Positions 62,687 through 64,000 of a stretch of DNA of 64,000 bases are shown in pieces. Numbering within the stretch: the first letter of the stretch is position 1; every line of letters starts with the position of its first letter. Both the position numbers and the translations under genes were made by a program. Origin of the DNA: Myxococcales bacterium (lineage in GTDB: Bacteria > Myxococcota_A > Polyangia > Polyangiales > Houyiibacteriaceae); assembly GCA_024640845.1 (NCBI GenBank), contig JAHEEE010000145.1, positions 456 to 64,455 of the forward strand. Reading direction: 5' to 3'. The notes under the pieces are model-generated. The model did not search any database, was not told where the DNA came from, and saw only the letters and a list, made by a program, of their open reading frames with translations.

Positions 62687-63411
62687 TCAAGCTCATCTAT
62701 CTGCTCTGGCCCCGTCAAACGATGGCGCCTGTGGTTAGACGAACCACCCTACTGGAACGCTGCGCGCCGAGGCTCCTCGAATCGGGAGCCCGCTATCTCC
62801 TGATGAACATCGACGACGACTTCGTCACGGCGCCATCTCCGACCCCGACCACGAAGCGGAACAACCCCTTTGTAGCCGAGGTCAGCGTATGGGTCGACGA
62901 CATGAATACACGCGGGGCATTGGAGTCGATCCTCGGCGACGCGGGATTCGACGTGGCCGGCTATCGCGTTCGCGAGCACGTCTACACGGACTACGGCGGC
63001 AACCCGCACGGAGAGCGGCGGGATTGGCCGGACGGAGAGCGCTCGCCGTACGTGATCTCGGTGACTCCGCTCGAGCGCCCGAGACGAATTCCCAAGGACA
63101 AGTGGATGAAGCACTGGTTCCACCGTCAAGGCCCGATGTCTGAAAAGATGCAGCCGCGCGCTCGCTATGTCCGCAATGTCGTGGACGAGGTGCTGACCGA
63201 GGGGGCGGTTCCCTACGCGGGGATTGTCGAGGAATCCTGGCCGTCCGCGGCCCACATGACGGACCCCTACGTATTCTACGGCGCCCGCAACCGGCTCGAG
63301 CTCATCAAGAACATGGCGATCATGGCTCAAAGCGTGGCTGCCTTCTTGCCGATTTGGAAGATCGTCAGCGTGACGACGAGCGAGTACTACGTTCGAAGCC
63401 GTCACGGCTGA
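62683..63411 (+). CDS. Hypothetical protein (EthD-like N-terminus?)
   Basis: Start overlaps the upstream stop (ATGA). MIKLIYLLWPR... resembles EthD-type starts. Function unknown. Confidence 0.45.
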   Translation: MIKLIYLLWPRQTMAPVVRRTTLLERCAPRLLESGARYLLMNIDDDFVTAPSPTPTTKRNNPFVAEVSVWVDDMNTRGALESILGDAGFDVAGYRVREHVYTDYGGNPHGERRDWPDGERSPYVISVTPLERPRRIPKDKWMKHWFHRQGPMSEKMQPRARYVRNVVDEVLTEGAVPYAGIVEESWPSAAHMTDPYVFYGARNRLELIKNMAIMAQSVAAFLPIWKIVSVTTSEYYVRSRHG

Positions 63412-63465
63412 GGGCGCGGTTTTCGCTGGACGCCGAGCGCTGTTTTCGATGATTCTCACCATTCG

Positions 63466-64000
63466 ATGCAAACCGACAGACGTGATTTCTTGAAGGTGTC
63501 GATGGCGGGGGCCGCGGCGCTCTCCACCATGAGCGCAGGCGCGACGTTGTCTGGCTGCACCTCGAGTGGGCCAGCCTCCGGCATGAAGCACCTCCGCCCG
63601 GAAGACCTCGATTTGCTGCGCGCGATGACGCCCGCGGTCCTGAAAGGGAAGGTCGGACCAGGCGACACCGCCGCGATCGATCAAACGCTGCAATCCTTCG
63701 ACACGCTGATGGAGGATCTCTCCGCTCCAGTCGTTGCGGGCGTGCTGCAGGCTTTCGACGTTCTCAACTTCGGGCTGACGCGGGGGCTCACGACCGGTCA
63801 ATGGGCCTCGTGGTCGAAGGCGTCGCTCGAAGACGCCGAGAGCGCGCTCGCTCGCTTGCGAGATAGCGGCATCGGTCTGCTCAACGCCATCTACGCCGCC
63901 GTGATTCGTTTGATCATCAGCTCGTATTATCTGATTCCCGAGAACGCGGCCTCCGCCGGATTCATGCCGCCGCAGAAGGTGGCGAGCATTCCGGCGGCGG
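63466..64000 (+). CDS. Tat-signal protein, second GMC-dehydrogenase small-subunit-like gene (3' end runs off the window)
   Basis: Not in the ORF track because it has no stop within the window. ATG at 63466 gives MQTDRRDFLKVSMAGAAALS (twin-arginine). The frame is open to nt 64000. Same style as 41645-42223. Confidence 0.6.
   Translation, partial: MQTDRRDFLKVSMAGAAALSTMSAGATLSGCTSSGPASGMKHLRPEDLDLLRAMTPAVLKGKVGPGDTAAIDQTLQSFDTLMEDLSAPVVAGVLQAFDVLNFGLTRGLTTGQWASWSKASLEDAESALARLRDSGIGLLNAIYAAVIRLIISSYYLIPENAASAGFMPPQKVASIPAA

Noticed and set aside
62749-63801. 350-aa minus-strand ORF. Similar long antisense ORFs occur at 61715-62662, 42178-43386, 52385-53269, 54034-54909, 24957-25979, 30569-31573 and 29334-30464.
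   Set aside because: All lie opposite genes with recognisable motifs and show shadow-ORF composition.
1-64000. Searched by eye for mobile elements, defence-system hallmarks (nucleases, helicases, methylases, toxin-antitoxin pairs), CRISPR arrays and tRNA or rRNA genes.
   Set aside because: None recognised. There are no integrase, transposase or phage-like ORFs and no terminal inverted repeats. The AT-rich islands are short promoter-like gaps rather than island borders.

Overview
High-GC chromosomal segment from a Gram-negative bacterium. Lipobox lipoproteins, LolA-like proteins and outer-membrane barrels ending in aromatic residues support that. A CarH-like regulator, CsgA-like SDRs and giant secreted proteins hint at Myxococcota, but this is inference only. 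I call about 55 protein genes. I found no rRNA, tRNA, CRISPR array, transposase or integrase.

Gene content in order:
- 1-5006: MMPL/RND exporter, LolA-like protein and OM barrel.
- 5255-27583: the standout region, a ~22 kb redox super-locus. A minus-strand operon sits behind a small AraC-type regulator. It encodes two complementary multicopper-oxidase (MCO) proteins, a 2,642-aa secreted protein with a ligand-less MCO-like N-terminus, two small secreted proteins and a 29-heme lipoprotein cytochrome. Next to it lie an 8-heme lipoprotein, a membrane-anchored 2x[4Fe-4S] flavoprotein, and a translationally coupled operon for a putative di-heme-b membrane protein, a 20-heme cytochrome, a 10-heme cytochrome and an OM barrel.
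- 27618-29313: pfkA and a small OMP.
- 29310-33479, 41645-46409 and 59956-64000: sterol/lipid-catabolism-like genes (racemase-type CoA transferase, APH-like kinase, SDRs, GMC oxidoreductases with Tat small subunits, two KshA-like Rieske oxygenases plus ferredoxin, a KstD-like flavoprotein, 3beta-HSD). Two tandem KstR-type operator boxes lie at 46426-46454.
- 33476-38873: a sulfur-handling island (persulfide dioxygenase-rhodanese fusion, YeeE/YedE pair, SulP, TauE).
- Two ATP-grasp/hydrolase gene pairs, a B12-type MerR regulator, and a DUF1501/DUF1588-type pair carrying a Gly-Met repeat.

The best candidate for an undescribed system is the MCO/giant protein/multiheme/barrel locus. I read it as a possible extracellular metal-redox machine. 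All functions are inferred from motifs read by eye. No database search was run.
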